This document shows positions 12,908 to 24,894 of a stretch of 64,000 nucleotides of DNA, piece after piece. Numbering within the stretch: position 1 is the first letter of the stretch; each line of letters starts with the position of its first letter. The translations under genes were made by a program, and so were the position numbers. Source of the DNA: Chiloscyllium plagiosum (taxonomy: Eukaryota); assembly GCF_004010195.1 (NCBI RefSeq), contig NC_057750.1, positions 2,734,112 to 2,798,111 of the forward strand, given 5' to 3'. The notes under the pieces were generated by a model that was not told the origin of the DNA, ran no database searches, and saw only the letters and a list, made by a program, of their open reading frames with translations.

Positions 12908-13052
12908 TTCTGTTGAAATTCCGAAGTGCCAAGGCTCGAGATCCATTGCCGGAGAACTATGACGAAGATTCAGAACTACTGCTGCAGTTGAGGAGCAAGG
13001 TGTTGGATTCTTTGGGGGTGAAGAGTGACCTGCTTACAGATGAGTTTGTCAG
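12908..13052 (+). CDS. SAE1: SUMO-activating enzyme subunit 1, third-to-last coding exon (145 bp)
   Basis: Pyrimidine-rich acceptor ending GGGCAG at 12907 and donor AG|GTAAAC at 13053. Translates (V)LLKFRSAKARDPLPENYDEDSELLLQLRSKVLDSLGVKSDLLTDEFV(S), matching the vertebrate SAE1 segment VLLKFRTDKGRDP...DSELLLQIRNDVLDSLG as I recall it. Confidence 0.95.
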
Positions 13053-13076
13053 GTAAACGCTTGTTTCTTCGCTCAT

Positions 13077-13079
<3 letters not shown>

Positions 13080-13112
<33 letters not shown>
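13080..13112. repeat. (CT)n microsatellite just downstream of an SAE1 splice donor
   Basis: About 16 perfect CT units. Confidence 0.95.
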
Positions 13113-13116
<4 letters not shown>

Positions 13117-13587
13117 TCTGAATAAAAACCAAAGTACTGTTTATACCGGTTTCTCTGGATTTCTCTTTCTCTTCCAAAGGACAGCTCCAAACCTCCATTT
13201 GGTACCTTTCGGGAAAGTTCTCACACCGTTCTCTTGCTTGTTGAAGTTGAGTCCGTCAGATTGTGATGGAAGCAGGAGGACATTCAGCCCATCATGTCAA
13301 TGCCTAGCTCTCTAAAGGAGTTAACCAGTGAATCGTACTCACCCCTTGACCTTGCCCTTGCAAATTTTTACCTCTTTGAATATGTGTCCAGTTCTATTCC
13401 TAAAACTCTATCTTCTTCCACTTCACAACAATATCTCCTTCACAACAATACCTAGGCTCTGTAACCATGAGGGAGGCAGAGATCAGGCTTGGTCCTGTCC
13501 TCAAGCACCAACAACCCTCTTGTATTCACCTACCTCCCAACAAACCAGTCAGAATAGCACTGTACAGACTGACATAAACAATGGCTT

Positions 13588-13949
13588 TCCCTGCTGGAGA
13601 CTAAGATGATTAAGGGTTTACAAGATGATTAGGGGTTTGGATAGGGTTGACCATGAGAACCTTTTTCCACGTATGGAGTCAGCTATTACGAGAGGGCACA
13701 GCTTTAAATTAAGGGGTGGTAGGTTAGGACAGATGTTAGGGGTAGATTCTTTACTCAGCGAGTCGTGAGTTCATGGAATGCCCTGCCAGTAGCAGTGGTG
13801 GACTCTCCTTTTTGGGCATTTAAACGGGCATTGGATAGGCATATGGAGGATAGTGGGCTAGTGTAGGTTAGGTGGGCTTGGATCGGCGCAACATTGAGGG
13901 CCAAAGGGCCTGTACTGTGCTGTATTTTTCTCTGTTCTATGTTCTATGT
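13588..13949 (+). mobile_element. CR1 3' fragment in an SAE1 intron
   Basis: TTCTTTACTCAGCGAGTCGTGAGTTCATGGAATGCCCTGCC (FFTQRVV..WNALP) with a (CTATGTT)n tail. Confidence 0.85.
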
Positions 13950-14652
13950 AAGAGATTAACAGAAAGGATTACTTGTGTATCAAGACTGCTGAGGGTTTTG
14001 ACAGATGGTAAGTTAAAACCAAGGAGGAAACCATTTCTACCATGTTGGGCAGGTATCTGTTTAATATTGCTGGTGGTTAAGGGTGCCCATTTTCCCCTAA
14101 CTTATTGAATAATCCAAATCATTGTACAAAATATTCAAACTGTGCAAGGCTTTCACTTTCTTGACTGTACTTTAGGTTTTTTTTAATTGTTTAGTTCTGT
14201 TCAAATTAGGAATGGAATTTTAGTTTTGCACCGCATATTGCAACAATTGGCAGGGCCACCCTTGAAGTTGTGTGGCCAGGTCAGAGGAAGGGAAGAGCGT
14301 ACAATGTTTGTAATGCCATTTGCTATACTGTCGTCACTCCTGTATGTGTGGCCTCTGTGTACAAAATGGAAAGCCAGGCTCAGCTGTGGTAGTCATCCCA
14401 CTTCCAATCCCTTTCTAGGGAAAGCCACCCAAATCTGTGACCAGGTCCCTAAGTGAATAGCGATTATTAAGTTGAATTCCTTTTGGATCTAGATCCCATG
14501 TAGTCTTGGGAGAGCATGAGCAAAGAAAATTCGCGCAAAAAAAAATGAAATAAGATAATTTCAAGGTATTTGAATCTAGTTGTGAATTCCATATGGTAAA
14601 GCCAAAGGTCTAATCTATAAAGATTACAAACTCTGTCTTTTCCTTCCCTCAG

Positions 14653-14722
14653 CTCATGTTTTTCAGAGTTAGCACCAGTGTGTGCAGTTGTGGGTGGAGT
14701 GCTCAGTCAGGAAATTGTGAAG
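14653..14722 (+). CDS. SAE1: SAE1 penultimate coding exon (70 bp)
   Basis: Acceptor TCTTTCCTTCCCTCAG and donor AAG|GTAAGA. Phase is compatible with the previous exon (AG+C = Ser). Encodes SCFSELAPVCAVVGGVLSQEIVK, the conserved E1 motif AP..AVVGG...QEIVK. Confidence 0.96.
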
Positions 14723-15029
14723 GTAAGATCGTTATTGAAAGTGTCTGTGAATATTGAACATATTCAGCACATGCACAGATCCCGTCAGGTATGTCTGAGT
14801 GTGGTCCACAGGAACTGTTCATGTCTGACCCCCTCTTAAATCTGTGGCATAACACACTTTTTCAGTCACTTAAAGCTGCTTCACTCTAGATGAAAAATGT
14901 TGTTCAGAAGCAATTTTATGTTTCCACATTAAATTGGAAACATGCAGAGCAACAGGTACGATCGAAGTATCTTAGTTTAATTTGTAAAATCTCTGTTTGA
15001 ATCATGATAAAATGAAGAAAGTGCAACAC

Positions 15030-15440
15030 CCACCACTTAATTGCAGAACTTTGTAACAACCTCAGCTTGATATTGCTGACAGAACCGACTGACTTCAAAA
15101 AGCAATTCACTCGACTGATTTCTGGGTTTGATGAGGTGGGTTTTCAGACAATGTTCCCCCTCATGGAGGAGTCTAGCATTAGGTAGCACAGTTTCAAAGT
15201 AAGGGCTCTCTCCTTTTAAAATGGTGATGTGGAAGACTTTCTCCCTCTCTGAGGGCCGTTGACCTTTAGCAGTGGAGGCTGGGTCATTATTCAAGGTTGA
15301 GTTAGATTTTGATTGACAAGGGAGTCAAAGGTTTTGGGGCACAGACAGGAAAATGGAGTTAAGACCACAACTAGATCAGACTTGGTCCTTATTGAATGAC
15401 ACAGCAAGCTTACTCCTTCTCCTGTTCTTTTCTTTTTGAT
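15030..15440 (+). mobile_element. Decayed CR1 3' fragment in an SAE1 intron
   Basis: Recognisable CR1 ORF2 end and 3' UTR, heavily mutated. Confidence 0.6.
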
Positions 15441-15944
15441 CTTAAGACTTGCCTATCACCTTTTTTGCTGACATTTAGATTGAAGTGAATTTTTTTTTAG
15501 TTTTATTGCTAGTTGCTACTGTTGTGAGTGCCTCCTTTGGGTTCTTCCTTATTGGTATTCCGATTTCAACATTGACTTCCTACCAAAGCCAAGCTGTACA
15601 GCTGGCGTTAATGTGAAGTAAGTTGCACAGTGTAGCTTTATTAGAGTAGTTAAATGTCTTGATACCGATGGTGAAGCCATTTTAATGCTGCTGAGTGATG
15701 CTGTGAAGAAGTAATGGCGGGTCGGTGTGGACTTGTTGGGCCGAAGGGCCTGTTTCCACACTAATATAATCTAATATTAAAAAAATCTAATCTAATCTAA
15801 TATAAAAAAATTATTTTCCTCATCAGGACCTTGTGTGTAATTATCACCTTGAGCACTGTCACTTGCACGATCAAATTTCATTTATCAGACTAGTTTTGGC
15901 AACATGCTATCAGAAGGCTATATTCTGCCAACTGATTGAACAGG

Positions 15945-16420
15945 ATCTTAGGATAGCACAGAGTAGTGGGGAGGCCATTCAGCCCATTGAGTACAACCCA
16001 TTATTTTTGAAGTGCATCTCATTGGTCCTGCTTTGTCCACATTCTTACAACTGTTTCTCCTTCAGGCATTTGTCCAATTCCCTTTTGGACCTACAGTTGA
16101 GGGTATATACACCATCCTATCGGGCAGTGCATTCCAAAACCTAGCCACTCAATACATGAAAATATATCTCTGCACGTCAGTCCTCTTGTCAACTTTTCAA
16201 CTATTGGAAAGGATTTCTCTTCCTTTAGTTGATCCAAACCCTTCGTGGCTTCTTGGCCTCTTCTGTGTAAAACAAACCAAGCCAAACTGTCCCCATCTAT
16301 CCAAGTACCCCTCATGCCTGGGGCATTCCATTAAATTTGCTGTGCACTCTTTCTGTCTAGCCTCATTGTCCTTTCTTAAGTATGCTACCTAGAATTGGGC
16401 ACACTTCTCCAGCTGGTGTT
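15945..16420 (-). mobile_element. Decayed CR1 3' fragment in an SAE1 intron
   Basis: GAGGCCATTCAGCCCATTGAG CR1 3' UTR motif and GGCAGTGCATTCCA (WNALP) on the minus strand. Confidence 0.6.
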
Positions 16421-16808
16421 TTATATCTGCTGCAATTAGTCACACTGCCTTGGAAAAAGAAGGGTAAAAATCAGGAAGGGTTTCATTTCACACCTGGTGA
16501 TCCAGCCTGAAAAGTGAAACCTCAGGAGAAGGACTGGAGCAGGCTTGGCTGTGAAGCTCAACACAATCAAATAAACTGACCGCATTCTCACTCTAAAGTT
16601 AAAGGTGAAGAGTGGATATGTAAGTGATGTCATGGAAAGAGTCTGTGGGCCCACAAAACAACAAGAATTAGCGCCATCAAAAGGAGGTGCTGGCAGAAAG
16701 TACAGGGCTGTGCTGTTGCTATCTGCTGCAGTTTTGTGAATAACTTTAAGAATGGACTGGCTAGTGCTGGTGTTGTGTGAGGTATGACTTTCTGTGCATT
16801 TTTCACAG

Positions 16809-16901
16809 GCCTTGTCGCAACGAGATCTTCCGCACAATAACTTCTTCTTCTTTGATGGATTGAAAAGTAATGGAATTGTCGACTGCATTGGACCTAAATG
16901 A
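16809..16901 (+). CDS. SAE1: SAE1 terminal coding exon (93 bp including TGA)
   Basis: Acceptor TTTTTCACAG, phase 0. Encodes ALSQRDLPHNNFFFFDGLKSNGIVDCIGPK*, matching the SAE1 C-terminus ALSQRDPPHNNFFFFDG...GPK. Confidence 0.96.
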   Translation, partial: ALSQRDLPHNNFFFFDGLKSNGIVDCIGPK

Positions 16902-17122
16902 GGAAAGTCTTCATAAGATCAGCAATGGTTATAGAGTCTTGAAGGTGCACCGACCCAGCCACCTCTGCAGCCTTTAGCAGAAAGATCCTCGTTGAGCACC
17001 AAGACATTTTTTTTTTAAAAACCTGGACAAAGTTACTTAGATAATGCAAGATTTTTTATATGAAACTGGAGGAATTGAAATTGACAACTGAAGAAGTCGC
17101 TGTTGGAAGCCTCCACATTGCA

Positions 17123-17128
17123 AATAAA
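17123..17128 (+). promoter_or_regulatory. Probable SAE1 polyadenylation signal
   Basis: First AATAAA after the stop codon, about 220 nt downstream, followed by T-rich sequence about 25-40 nt later. Confidence 0.55.
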
Positions 17129-17584
17129 TGCAGTTAAAGCCACTGTCAAAACTCCGTTTCACTTTGAGTAATATTGATGTTATCATGCACATCTGATTAT
17201 TAGCAGTCGACCCTGCCCAGATATATCCAGCTGAGATGTCTGTACAATTCACAGTTGGCCAAGGCTGTTTCTGCTAATGGCTGTGTTCTTCTGCCACACA
17301 ATTCCTGTGTGCATAAGTACACTCGGTCACGTCACTTGAAGTTTTTATAGGCGGGTCTAATCATCCACTCAGCGTGACAAACACTAATATTACTATTTCT
17401 GATAATCAAAATACTGTTATAAGAACAGACCAGCTCTAGAATTGTAATATCAATACTGAAGGGGAAGTAAACAGTCAAAACCGTCAAGCGTCTTCTTGTC
17501 CAGTGTTCTTCTGTCCTTAGTTCTTGCTTTCTGTCCATTTCTCACTAATCTCTCATCTCTTTGGCTTCTAGTTCCCACAGGCTG

Positions 17585-19960
17585 AATAGAGTCATAGTTG
17601 TATGGACGTACAGAGCGGAAACAGACCCTTCGGTCCGACTCGTCCATGCCGACGGGATATCATAACCTAATCTAGTCCCACCTACCAGCACCCGGCCCAT
17701 GTCCCTCCAAACCCTTCCTATTCATATACCCATCCAGATGCCTTTTAAATGTTGCAATTGTACCAGCCTCCACCACTTCCTCTGGTAGCTTATTCCATAA
17801 ACTCACTACCCTCTGCATGAAAAACTTTCCCCTTAGGACCCTTTTATATCTTTCTCCTTTCACCCTAAATCTACGCCCTCTAGTTCAAGACTCACCCACC
17901 CCAGAGAAAAGACTTTGCCTAATTATCCTATCCATGCCCCTCATGATTTTATAAACTTATATAAGGTCACCCCTTCAGCCTCCGACGCTCCAGGGAAAAC
18001 AGCCCCAGCCTATTCAGTCTCTCCCTACAGCTCAAATCCTCCAATCCTGATAACGTCCTTGTAAATCCTTTCTGAACCCTTTCAAGTTTCACAACATCCT
18101 TCTGATAGGAGGGAGACAGAATTCCACACAATATTCCAAAAATGGCCTAACCAATGTCCTGTACAGCTGCAACATACTCAATACTCTGACCGATAAAGGA
18201 AAGCATACCAAACGCCTTCTTCACTATCCTATCTACCTGCGACTCCACTTTCAAGGAGCTATGAACCTGCACTCTAAGGTCTCTTTGTTCAGCAACACTC
18301 CCTAGGACCTTACCATTAAGTGTATAAGCCCTGCTCTGATTTGCTTTCCCAAAATCCAGCACCTCACATTTATCTGAATTAAACTCCATCTGCCACTTCT
18401 CAGCCCATTGGCCCATCTGATCAAGATCCTGCTGTAATCTGAGGTAACCTCCTTCACTGTCCGCTACATCTCCAATTTTGGTGTCATCTGCAAACTTACT
18501 AACTGTACCTCCTATGTTCCCATCCAAATCCTATCCAAAAGTAGTGGACCAAGCACCGATCCTTGTGATACTCCACTGGTCACAGGCCTCCAGTCTGAAA
18601 AGCAACCTTTCACCACCACCCTCTGTCTTCTACCTTTGAGCCAGTTCTGTATCCAAATGGCTAATTCTCCCTGTATTCTATGAGGTCAACCTTGCTAACC
18701 AGTCTCCCATGAGGAACTTTGTCGAACGTCTTACTGAAGTCCATATAGATCACGTCCACTGCTCAGCCCTCATCAATCTTCTTTGTTACTTCTTCAAAAA
18801 CTCAGCAAGTTTGTGAGACATGGTGTTCCACGCACAAAGCCATGTTGACTATCCCTAATCATTCCTTGCCTTTCCAAATACATGTAAATCCTGTCCCTCA
18901 GAATTCCCTCCAACAACTTGCCCACCACCGACGTCAGGCTCACTGGTCTATAGTTCCTGGCTTGTCCTTCCCATCCTTCTTAAACAGTGGCACCACGTCA
19001 GCCAACCTCCAGTCTTCTGGCACCGCACCTGTACTATCAATGATACAAATATCTCAGCAAGAGGCCCAGCAATCACTTCCCTGGTTTCCCACAGAGTTCT
19101 TGGGTACATCTGATCAGGTCCTAGGGATTTATCCACTTTTATGCGTTTCAAGACATCCAGCACCACCACCTCTAATATTTTTCAATATGTCACCATCTAT
19201 TTCCCTACAATCTATATCTTCCATGTCCTTTTCAACAGTAAACACTAATGTAAAATACTCCTTTAGTATCGCCCCCCATCACCTGTGGCTCCACACAAAG
19301 ACTGCCTTGCTGATCTTTGAGGGGCCCTATTCTGTCACTAATTACCTTTTGTCCTCAATATATTTATAAAAACCCTTTGGATTCTCCCTAACCTTATTTG
19401 TCAAATCTGTCTCATGTCCCCTTTTTACCCTCCTGATTTCCCTCTCAAGTATACTCCTACTGTCTTTATACTCTTCTAAGGATTCATTCGATCTCTCCTG
19501 TCTATACCTGACATATGGTTCCTTCTTTTTCTTAACCAAACCATCGATTTCTGTAGTCATCCATCATTCCCTCCACCTGCCAGCCTTTCCTTTCACCCTA
19601 AAATGGAATATACAGTCTCGGGTCTCTTGTTATCTCATTTCTGAAGGCTTCCCATTTTCCAGCCGTCCCTTTACCTGTGAACATCTGCACCCAATAACCT
19701 TATGAAAGTTCTTGCCTAAAACCGTCAAAATTGGCCTTTCTCCAGTTTAGAACTTCAATTTTTAGATGTGGTCTACCCTTTTCCATCACTATTTTAAAAC
19801 TAATAGAATTGTGGTTGCTGGCCCCAAAGTGCTCCCCCACTGACACCTCAGTCACCTGCTCTGCCTTATTTCCCATGAGTAGGTCAAGTTTTGCACCTTC
19901 TCTAGTAGGTGCATCCACATACTGAATCAGAAAGTTTTCTTGTACACACTTAACAAATAT
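17585..19960 (-). mobile_element. CR1 LINE, about 2.4-kb 5'-truncated copy with a frameshifted ORF2 (reverse transcriptase)
   Basis: Fragments SKFADDTKIG, LQQDLDQMGQWAEKWQMEFN, KSLGPDQMYPRTLWE, PTREGAKLDL and FFMQRVVSLWNKLPEEVVEA. CTATGACT-type tail at the left end. Confidence 0.92.
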
Positions 19961-20264
19961 CAGCTCTAAGTATCTAGAAATGAGGTGTTCAAAATGTGAA
20001 GATCAGCATGGATAAATGCATTTCAACCTTTGTGCAGGGATCCGTCATTCCTGAAACAAGGCTGCCCCATCCGTGAACTGATCCTGTTGCTGAACGAGGA
20101 ACCTCTGAAGATTCTTGAGTTTTTTCTGTTATCCATTTGGATTAGTAACCCCTGTTTCCCTTTACATCTACCTGAACGGACTGCAGCCCATCCTAAGGAT
20201 GGTACCTGTTGACTCTCCCACTCCCATGGTAACCGACTTGGCTTTTGGTAACGACATACTTGGG

Positions 20265-20365
20265 TACTGGTTAGCCCAGTTGACTGAGCGACTGATTTGT
20301 GTTGTCGAGTGATGCTAATAGCTTAGGTTCAATTCCTGCACCAGCTGAGGTTACCGTGCAGGACT
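20265..20365 (+). mobile_element. tRNA-derived SINE head of a further family
   Basis: A-box-like GTTAGCCCAGTTG and B box GGTTCAATTCC. No cloverleaf acceptor stem. Confidence 0.5.
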
Positions 20366-20413
20366 GAGCAACAACAGCTTGGAATTTGCATTGTACATTT
20401 AATATTATCAAAT

Positions 20414-21041
20414 GGGTGACTCAGTGGTTAGCACTGCTGCCTGACAGCACCACAGATCCAGGTTCGATTCTAGCCTCAGGTCACTGTGTGTAAAGTTTGC
20501 ACATTCTCCCAGTGTCTGAGTGGGTTTCCTCCCACAGTCCAAAGATGTGCAGGTTAAGTGGATTGGCTATGCTAAATTGCCCATAGTGTGAAGGGATATA
20601 TAGGTTAGGTGGGTTAGCCATGGGAAATGCAGGTTTACAGGGATAGATTAAATTAGATTCCCTACAGTATGGAAACAGCCCCTCTGACCCAACAAGTCCA
20701 CACCAACCCTCTGAAGAGTAACCCACCCAGACCCTTTGTCCTAACCTGTATTTACCCCTGACTAATGCGCCTAACACCATGGGCAATTTAGCATAGCCAA
20801 TTCACCTGGCCTGCACGTTTATTTTTTGGATTGTGGGAGGAAACCAGAGCACCCGGAGGAAACACGCAGAAACGGGGAGAATGTGTAAACTCCACACAGA
20901 CAGTTGTCCAAACTCGGGTTTCTGGTGCCGTGAGGCAGCAGTGCTAACCACTGTGCCACCGTGCTGCACCGGGTGGGATGCTGTTTGAAGGGTCAGTATG
21001 GGCTGAATGACCTGCTTCCACTCTGTAGGGATTCTAATCTA
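20414..21041 (+). mobile_element. HE1-like SINE containing a second, inverted HE1-like SINE (20645-20968, -)
   Basis: The outer copy resumes at about 20971 (GGGTGGGATGCTGTTTGAAGGGTC) after a complete antisense copy. Confidence 0.85.
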
Positions 21042-21674
21042 TTCATTAAACTAGTTCTTTATTCCAAGCTTTTTACATGAAATTCAAATTTCACCATCTG
21101 TCCTGGTGGGATTAAATAATTGGGATTAAGTAATTAGTAGTGACGTTATCAGTATGCCACCATCTCCACTTTGTGCAATTCTTTCTCACATGTTACACAT
21201 GCCCTCTCTTCACAAAACTGTCTAATTCCCTTTGAAATGCCTCCATTGAAACTGTCTTCACATCACTGTCAGGCAGTGGGTTCTTGGCCTTAACCACTGG
21301 CTCCATGTAAAGGACTTCCCCTGCATCACATAACTGTTTCTTTTACAAATGAGTTGAATGTTTTGATGTGAAGCAAATTCTGCATCCAGTAACATACAAT
21401 CGTGGTGATTTTATGTTTCTAGATTTCAACATTGAAGTGCTTGTAACGACTGTTCAGAATGCCAGTATGCAACCAATTCACAGCCTCTGCTCTTTAATTA
21501 ACACTTTAATTCCATCTGGGTTAGTGCGTCAGTTGATGCATCACAGAGGGCTTTGATAAGTCAATACTCATCCAATAATTTAATTTTGTGACTTTCCAGA
21601 TTTGTATTCATTTTATCTTGAACTGGTTGATTGTAGGCTACATGTGTTCTTTACTTTTTGTCTCAATAAGTGTC

Positions 21675-21993
21675 AGAGTGGCTCAGTGGTTAGCACTGCT
21701 GCCTTACGGTGCCAGGGGACCTGGGTTTAATTCCACCCTCGGGTGACTGTATGAGAAGTTTGTACATTCTCCCCGTGTCTGCGTGGATTTCTTCCCAAAG
21801 ATGAGCAGGTTAGGGTGGATTGGCTTTACTGAGTTGCCCCATAGTGTCAAGGGATGTGTAGGTTAGGTGGATTAGCCATGGGAAGTGTGGGATTATAGGG
21901 TAGGGGGGGATGAGTCTGGATGGGATGCTGTTCGGAGAATCATTGTGGACTTGTTGGGCTGAATGGCCTGTTTCCACAGTGTAGGGAATCTAT
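21675..21993 (+). mobile_element. HE1-like V-SINE
   Basis: GTGGCTCAGTGGTTAGCACTGCTGCC head, core and tail. Confidence 0.88.
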
Positions 21994-22530
21994 GAAGCAA
22001 TTAAAGTTCATTATGTCCTTTCAAATTATACACACGTCGAAACCATGGTGGAGATAATGTTACATCAGTGTGTCTGAATTACAGTGTCAGGGATCAGTTT
22101 GAGAAGGGTTCCCCTGAGTGACCATCAATTCTTAACCACCACAGCATTCTCTTCCCAGAGAAGTTGCTCCTTTGGTTGCTTTTGATTTATCTCAGTTACA
22201 ATCTTGTGTAAACCTGATCATATTTTACACTGTTTCTTCACAAGGTTTTACAATTTGTGTATAAAGCTGTTCTGTTTTTACAATTAAGCACACAACTTTT
22301 CTTATCTGTGAGCAATGTTTCCTCAAATGTAATTGAAGAGGTTGAGAGACGAGGAGATGAATCACTCTCACATGGTAATCTTAGAATCATCTTCCCTCTG
22401 AGCACCTTTTAGGGATTTAATGAGCCACTTTGATCATGAACAAGGATCACATGTTTCCAACCTGCTGACAAATAGAATTGCTGAGAGTGGGGAAATTTAA
22501 ACCCAATCAAACTTGCTTAGATCTGTTAAT

Positions 22531-23420
22531 AGTCATACAGCACGGAAACAGGCTCTTCGGTCCAACCAATCCATGCCAACCATAATCCCAAACTACACTA
22601 GTCCCATCTGCCTATGTTTGTCCCTATTCATGTACTTATCCAAATTCCTTTTAAACATAATTGTATCCACATCTGCCACTCCCCCCAAAGGCAAGATAGC
22701 GGCAGAGTAAGCAGCGCCTGGGGTTGTCCTCTTTGTCCGCATTTTCTTTTTCCTTTTCCTTTCTTTCCCCTTCTTCTTTTCTCAGTTTTATTTAGTTTTC
22801 ACTCAAACTGACTGATAAAGTTAAAAATCACACAACACCAGGCTACCCGGTCCAACTGTGCCTCCTCCACATCATGGTTACCTGCTAAAGGGAGCTCTTT
22901 GGTAGGAAGTGACTTCACTGGATTCTGGAGCATCGACAGTATCTTCAGAGGCAGCGTGGCTCCAGAGCCGGCCGGCCTGTGAAGCTTGGAGTAGGCCCCT
23001 GGGGGTGGCAAGGCATGGGCTGGTGTATACCAGAGCGGGGACTCTGGCAAGGACATGGTGTGTGCTGGTGTATACTGGAGCAGAACTGTCACAGTGGGGA
23101 AGGAAAAGTTGGACTCCCTTTAAGTTATCTTGCTTCATCTTTTAATTTTACTTTACATTAATGTGAATGGTGCTGATGCATCACAACAGGACACATTTCA
23201 CTGTATTCTATATTGAATGCACGTGATAATAAATGATTCCATTCCTCAGGAAGTTCATTCCATACACAAACCACTCTGTGGGAAAAAAAATGTCACTTTT
23301 AAATCTTTCCCCTCTCACCTTAGAAGATGTCCCCTAGTTTTGAAAGCTGCATGCTGAGGAAATGACACATGCCATTCACTTTATCTATACCCCTCATGAT
23401 TTTATAAAGTAACCCTCAGC
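22531..23420 (-). mobile_element. CR1 3' fragment interrupted by an insert of about 560 bp (22681-23243)
   Basis: CR1 sequence ...ATCTGCCACT | TCCTCAGGAAGTTCATTCC... is continuous across the insert. Confidence 0.75.
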
Positions 23421-23469
23421 CTATAGTCCAAACAACAGAGGTCCCAGCACTGATCTTTTCAGAACACCA

Positions 23470-24472
23470 AGAATTGGCTTGGTCATAGATGACAGAAGTT
23501 AGTTGTGGAAGGGTGTTTTCCTGACTGAAGGTCTGTGACCAGTGGTGTTCTGTAAGGATCAGTTCTGGGACCTCTGTTGTTTGTAATATATATAAATTAT
23601 TTGGATGAAAATGTAGGTAGCGTGATTAGTAAGGCAACTCAAAAATTGATGGAATTGTCAATAGTGAGGAAGGTTGTCAAAGGATACAGCAGGATATAAA
23701 TCAGTTGGAAAGTTGGGCAGAGAAATGGCAGATAATGTTTAATCCAGACAAGTATGAAGTGATGCATTTTGGATGCAATTCTGGTACTCGCTCCCCAATG
23801 TCATTGTGCATCTACCTAAGGCACACAGACTATAGTCGTTCAAGAAGACAACACACCACCATTACCACCCCTTCTCCAACGGCCAACCAGTGCTGCCCAT
23901 TTCCCACAAATGAAGAGAAACAAAATGCAACTTTAGTTTGGCCACATCTGGAGTGCACTTCAGGTCCCCACTCTGTAGGAAGAATGCGGAGGCTTTGGAT
24001 AGGGTGCAAAAGAGGTTCACCAGGAAGTTGCCTGGGTTGGAGTGTATTAGCTCTGAAGAGAGATTGGACAAACTTGAAGTGTTTTCACTAGAGTGTCAGT
24101 GACTAAGTGGCAACCTGATAGGAGGAATTAAAATTGAGGACTGTGGATAAGCTGGATAGTTGGAATCTTTTTTCCCAGGATAGAAATATCAAATATTAGG
24201 GAGCATAGGTTTACGGTGAGAGGGGAAAGTTTAAAGGAGGTGTGTGAGAAGAGTTTTTCTCTCATACTGAGAGGTGAAGGTGCCTGGAACATGCTGCCAG
24301 GGGAAGTAGTAGAAGCAGATGTGATAGCAGTGTTTAAGAATCATTTAGACAGGCACATTAACTAGTAGGGATTGGAGGGATACAGACCATATGCAGGTAG
24401 ATGAAATTTAGAATGGCATCATGGTCAGCGCAGACATAATGGGCTGAAGGGCCTGATCCTGTTCTATGTTCT
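23470..24472 (+). mobile_element. CR1 fragment (end of RT to 3' UTR)
   Basis: WAEKWQIMFNPDKYEVMHFG and LVWPHLE, plus a CR1 3' UTR with CTATGTT. Confidence 0.85.
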
Positions 24473-24549
24473 CTCTGTTTTTCAATCTGTCCTCATCACT
24501 GAACTTCTGGCTTAGAGATATCGCCATGCCTCAAGACCTCTGTCACTGC

Positions 24550-24875
24550 CAGAGCTGTCCTCTTTCAGTGGGGACACGAAACTAAAACCTTGTCTGCTCT
24601 CTGGTGGGTGTAAAGGCTCCCACTGCATTATTGGAAAAACAGGGAGCTCCCCTCCGGCTCATAGGCATCAGGAATAGTGGTTTTACTGCCAATTTACCCT
24701 TAAATCTGTAACAGTAAAGTGGTTTACCTGACTGGATTTTGTTGCTGATTGTGGGAGCTGGTTGTGTACATATGGGAATGCTTTCCAACAAGTTAGCACT
24801 GATTTTGTTAGCTACAGAGCACATTGAGAGATCCCCAAGTTTAAATGCAGGTCCTTTATGCTTTGACAAGATTCT
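24550..24875 (+). mobile_element. Decayed Deu-domain SINE-like element; other copies near 6800-7100 (-), 10275-10570 (-), 26995-27225 (-), 34790-35100 (-) and 44500-45500 (+, split)
   Basis: GTCTGCTCTCTGGTGGGTGTAAAGGCTCCCACTGCATTATT and TTGCTGATTGTGGGAGCTGG motifs. Confidence 0.55.
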
Positions 24876-24894
24876 AATGTCTTGTGTTCATGAA

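Noticed and set aside
20030..20212. Acceptor-like site (TTTGTGCAG at about 20037) followed by a 60-aa ORF
   Set aside because: It has no recognisable homology and no linked exons, and it lies downstream of the SAE1 stop and poly(A) signal.
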